From the sequence record KY608966: 53,242 nt of DNA; one strand, written 5' to 3'. Below the pieces are notes generated by a model. The model did no database searches, was not told where the DNA came from, and was given only the letters and a program-made list of their open reading frames with translations. The translations under genes and the position numbers were made by a program. How positions within the stretch are numbered: position 1 is the first letter of the stretch; every line of letters starts with the position of its first letter. The stretch comes from Escherichia phage CF2. Below are positions 50,088-53,242 of this stretch, in pieces.

Positions 50088-52596
50088 TATTCTCGGTCTG
50101 AAATACTTTAAGCCAGAAGGGATTCCACAAGTCTTCAAAGATATGAAGCGCTGGGCTATTTTTGAGCTGACGTACGAAGACGAGACTCTCGAAGTTCAAT
50201 CCAAACCTAAGAAACCTGCAAGAGCGCCATCAGGCCGTTCCTTCAGCACAACAGTGCCTGAAGAGTGGATGACTTTCGACGACGCCCTGACACGTTGTAT
50301 CCGCAATCGTGAAATGAAGATTAAAGCTGTACAGGGTAACATCACCTTTGTGCCGGCTTTGATTGTTCCTCGCCAGTGGTACTTTGTTGACCTGGACAAC
50401 CATGAAGATAATCCAGACATTGAAGCTACCCACAAAGCGATAATTGAGGGTACCCGTGGTGCTTATGCAGAGACGTCAATCTCTGGCAAAGGTCAACACA
50501 TCGCAATCCCTTTACCCTGGACCGCAGCAACATCTAAAGAGAAAGACGACCAGCTGGACATCAAAATCCAGAAGGCTGAGATGTTCCTGGTAATGACAGG
50601 CAATGTGTTGAGTGAGTTCAATGCTAATCCTGTTTCAGCCCGTGAATGGCATGCAGCAATTGAGAAGTTCTTTCTTGAATCAAGCGCACCTGATATTGAT
50701 GTTGAGTTTGAGCAAGACGAAGACCGTGGCGAAGAGTATGACAAAGAGCTGTACGAACAGTTAGCCGACAATACTCGCTGGGCCTTAGAACACTATCTGA
50801 ATGAACATGCACCAGACGGTGTTGGTGTGAGTAATGACGGTTCCGAACGTTTAAGCCGCATACTCAAAGACTTGCTTCGTGTAACCCGTAACTATGAAGT
50901 TACACAACGCATCTTCATGGCCAGCAAAGCTGCAGCATACGAAGGTCGCAGACCAAGCCGACACAACTTGTCTGTTGACAAGTACCACCAGTGGTTCAGC
51001 CGTGTTGGTAAGACTGTGCTGAAAGAGATGCAACGTGACGGCTTATTCGTTAAGACCAAGTTTGCTCTTGACATCAACAAAGAGTTAGCCAAGAATTCAG
51101 GTGTCTCCCTGGCTGAGAACGTTGAGTTCAAGGTCAACGACGACATTCTGCCTTCTGATGTATTCGTCAGGACGGCTCCGTCCGGGTTTAAACGGCTTAT
51201 TGCTGAGATACAGGATAACATATCTCCGGCTAACAGGGTTAACGACTATGCAATCGGCACAGCTCTTAACATACTGAGCAACTGCGCCGGTCGCAAGTAT
51301 GTTTGTCCAGTAGGCGGTCATGCTAACTTCCTGGTAACCAACATCATTCTTGTGGGTGGTTCATCAATCGGTAAATCCCTGTATACCGAAATGTTCCCAC
51401 AAATCCAGGCAAGTGTGCCAGACACATCGCCTATCAGCCTTAACCGTATCCCAAGGGAACAGACTTTTGCAACCAGGACGTTTGCTGAACTGATGTCCAA
51501 CCCGTCATACCATTCAGTCCAGTTGTTCTACCCTGAATTTGGTCTGGCTTTAGGTTCAGGCTTACGCATGAATCCTAACAACCCGGACAACTTTCAGAAA
51601 GCTCTGATGGACGCTTCAACCAAGCGTAAGGTTGGCGGTATACTGACAGGTATCAAACGTGCTAATGCTGACAATGATGTCAAGACAGTAAGCGAACCGT
51701 GTTACTCTATCCTGGGTGACTCCACTCAAGAGCTTATCCTTGACAACACCCGGAAGCAAGACTTCTCAAGTGGCTTTTTGCCCCGCTTCCTGTTCATCCC
51801 GAACTACGAACGAGCGGAGTTTGCCAAACCTGAGAAGGTAGGACGTCGCCAGCAGATTCGCCGTACGTCCTTTTCAAAGGAGCTGATTGAGAAGCTGGAA
51901 GCAATCGCTTATGTGAATGCTATCCCGCCTAACGGTAAACTAAGGCACGACCCGATTCCTATTTACGATGAGTCGGACGATGATGACTTCCTGTACGAGT
52001 ACCAGTGCAATATTAATGACATGCGCCAGTATTACAGGGACAACGAAGTAGCATCTGCCTTTGTGGGCCGAATGGGTGAGTATGTATTCAATATAGCAGC
52101 ACTGATTGGCTTACTCGACAACTGGGATGCTCCTGTAATGACCAGGGACAACATCGAATGGGCTTACAAATACGTTCTTCGTTGTATAACCGCCTGGGTC
52201 AATAACACAAGCAGAATAGTCGCACCTCCGACTACCAACGCTGAAGTAGTTGACGGCTTCCTCAAAGTCTACAGGGACATTTTGGCCCTTTACGCCAAAA
52301 GCGGATGGAACGGTATTGTTAAGCATTATCCTGAGGGTGTTGTGAGAAGTATTCGAGAAGAACACCTCCAGATGAATGGTTTAAGCATATATGCTATTCG
52401 TCAATCTTTAAGCTGGTTTAAATCAAATTATGGTTTTAATATCACGGCTAATAATAAAGTCATTGACGGAATGCTACAGGACATGATTGACCAGGACTAT
52501 TTAGCGGTTCAAATATATAAGCCCACAAGAGGCCGAACTGCTAACATTTACTGCCTGACAGAGCGAGGATATGACACTGCTAAGAAACTAAAATAA
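50062..52596 (+). CDS. Bifunctional AEP primase-polymerase / D5-like SF3 helicase
   Basis: AEP motifs 'YFVDLDNHED' and 'ETSISGKGQHI'. Walker A 'VGGSSIGKS' lies in the C-terminal half. Confidence 0.8.
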   Translation: MTMTSQPSDILGLKYFKPEGIPQVFKDMKRWAIFELTYEDETLEVQSKPKKPARAPSGRSFSTTVPEEWMTFDDALTRCIRNREMKIKAVQGNITFVPALIVPRQWYFVDLDNHEDNPDIEATHKAIIEGTRGAYAETSISGKGQHIAIPLPWTAATSKEKDDQLDIKIQKAEMFLVMTGNVLSEFNANPVSAREWHAAIEKFFLESSAPDIDVEFEQDEDRGEEYDKELYEQLADNTRWALEHYLNEHAPDGVGVSNDGSERLSRILKDLLRVTRNYEVTQRIFMASKAAAYEGRRPSRHNLSVDKYHQWFSRVGKTVLKEMQRDGLFVKTKFALDINKELAKNSGVSLAENVEFKVNDDILPSDVFVRTAPSGFKRLIAEIQDNISPANRVNDYAIGTALNILSNCAGRKYVCPVGGHANFLVTNIILVGGSSIGKSLYTEMFPQIQASVPDTSPISLNRIPREQTFATRTFAELMSNPSYHSVQLFYPEFGLALGSGLRMNPNNPDNFQKALMDASTKRKVGGILTGIKRANADNDVKTVSEPCYSILGDSTQELILDNTRKQDFSSGFLPRFLFIPNYERAEFAKPEKVGRRQQIRRTSFSKELIEKLEAIAYVNAIPPNGKLRHDPIPIYDESDDDDFLYEYQCNINDMRQYYRDNEVASAFVGRMGEYVFNIAALIGLLDNWDAPVMTRDNIEWAYKYVLRCITAWVNNTSRIVAPPTTNAEVVDGFLKVYRDILALYAKSGWNGIVKHYPEGVVRSIREEHLQMNGLSIYAIRQSLSWFKSNYGFNITANNKVIDGMLQDMIDQDYLAVQIYKPTRGRTANIYCLTERGYDTAKKLK

Positions 52597-52607
52597 GTAA
52601 GTAAATC

Positions 52608-52650
52608 AAGGGCTTGGGTAATTGTAAAAATCCTAAGCCCTTATTTTTTA
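52608..52650 (+). terminator. Rho-independent terminator after the primase-helicase gene
   Basis: 11-bp stem aagggcttggg/cctaagccctt followed by 'attttttaa'. Confidence 0.75.
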
Positions 52651-52690
52651 AGCTTATTTTACAAACTGATTAATATTTAAACTATAATTA

Positions 52691-52750
52691 AATATATGGG
52701 CTATAAGAGTATGATTTTATTACTCTTTTACTAACCATAATATATGGGCT
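52691..52750. repeat. Direct 12-mer repeat AATATATGGGCT x2 (48-bp spacing) flanking the hairpin aagagta/tactctt
   Basis: Copies lie at 52691-52702 and 52739-52750. Confidence 0.7.
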
Positions 52751-52764
52751 CCTTATAAAAGATT

Positions 52765-52809
52765 AAGGGGGTAAAAAAGGGGGATACAAGACCCGGATAA
52801 AAGGGGGTA
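52765..52809. repeat. Iteron-like AAGGGGG(T/A) x3, spaced 12 and 24 bp
   Basis: Copies begin at 52765, 52777 and 52801. A CCGGATAAA motif lies between them. Confidence 0.65.
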
Positions 52810-52817
52810 TATATTTA

Positions 52818-52840
52818 TTTATTATTATTATTATTATTAT
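52818..52840. repeat. (ATT)n microsatellite in an AT-rich tract
   Basis: 'attattattattattattat'. Confidence 0.8.
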
Positions 52841-52936
52841 ATATTATTAATTATATTAGAAGTAATAAAAACAGCTACTTAGAGGCGTCTATATGTATGA
52901 TCCGGTTTATCTCTTTATTAATATCAGAACCGGATG

Positions 52937-53242
52937 AAAAAAAAATTTACGCCGGCGAAAAATAATAAAAAACCGGATTGATAAATAAATCTGTAGACGT
53001 TTACACGACCTTTATATAGATGTTATAATAACTATCTAAAGTCCAGCAAAGGTATTGTAATGAATATACAACAGGAAGTACAAGCTGAATTTGATTATGT
53101 TGATGGCATGTTGTATCGTAAACATAGCCACGGTAACGTCAAGCAAGGCGATAAATTTGGTACCGTAGTACCAGCAGGATACATTGAAGGCTTTTTCAAA
53201 AATAAGAAGACGTCTTTGCACGTTCTTGTCTGGCAATGGCAC
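52937..53242. repeat. Terminal direct repeat, right copy
   Basis: Identical to 1-306. The window ends inside the duplicated HNH ORF. Confidence 0.9.

Noticed and set aside
98-52365. Many antisense or out-of-frame ORFs in the track, for example 6571..6921(-), 11164..11541(-), 12419..12838(-), 18590..19009(-), 23792..24805(-), 40064..40635(+), 36147..36566(+) and 50196..51500(-).
   Set aside because: Each is fully embedded opposite or out of frame to a longer ORF with recognisable motifs. They lack SD sequences and have biased, low-complexity compositions typical of shadow ORFs.
1-53242. A lysogeny module (integrase, CI/Cro-type repressor, excisionase).
   Set aside because: No ORF shows tyrosine or serine recombinase motifs or a repressor-type HTH next to divergent promoters. 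I therefore describe the phage as probably virulent, with the caveat that no profile search was run.

Overview
The window is a complete tailed dsDNA phage genome. The unit length is 52,936 bp, and bases 1-306 recur exactly at 52937-53242, which is either a direct terminal repeat or a circular-assembly overlap. I found no integrase or repressor module, so the phage is probably virulent.

Layout:
- 122-1052 (+): HNH endonuclease and a PD-(D/E)XK nuclease.
- 1049-4117 (-): operon of small, mostly acidic early proteins, punctuated by a family of bipartite RNA hairpins.
- 4213-4925: divergent control region, non-coding and rich in repeats.
- 4938-7599 (+): HExxH protein, DHFR-like protein, dNMP kinase and unknowns.
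- 7777-34077 (+): morphogenesis and lysis. In order: terminase, portal, scaffold, capsid, neck, a 985-aa protein, Ig-like (Big_2) proteins, contractile-tail sheath and tube, a frameshifted chaperone, tape measure, Mu/P2-type baseplate, fibre, two Tfa proteins, holin, a P1-Lyz-type SAR endolysin and overlapping spanins.
- 34093-49601 (-): replication, recombination and nucleotide genes. These include a TraR-like protein, family-A DNA polymerase, a DnaN-like protein, a thymidylate-synthase homologue, MazG, an SF2 helicase, a Cas4-like exonuclease, dCMP deaminase, a DUF669 SSB-like protein and a Sak4-like ATPase.
- 49755-52596 (+): small protein and AEP-primase/D5-helicase, followed by an AT-rich iteron region.

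Most interesting observations:
1. The octamer TTGTGGGT occurs at least 31 times against about 1.6 expected.
2. The thymidylate-synthase homologue carries Asp where ThyA has Asn177. Together with the MazG, kinase, deaminase and DHFR genes, this suggests a modified-cytosine genome.
3. A roughly 470-nt untranslated locus contains three consecutive long hairpins and two tRNA T-arm-like hairpins.
4. A covarying family of intercistronic hairpins sits in the early operon.
5. There are two recognisable classes of sigma70-type promoter.

All calls come from reading the sequence and the supplied translations; no database search was run.
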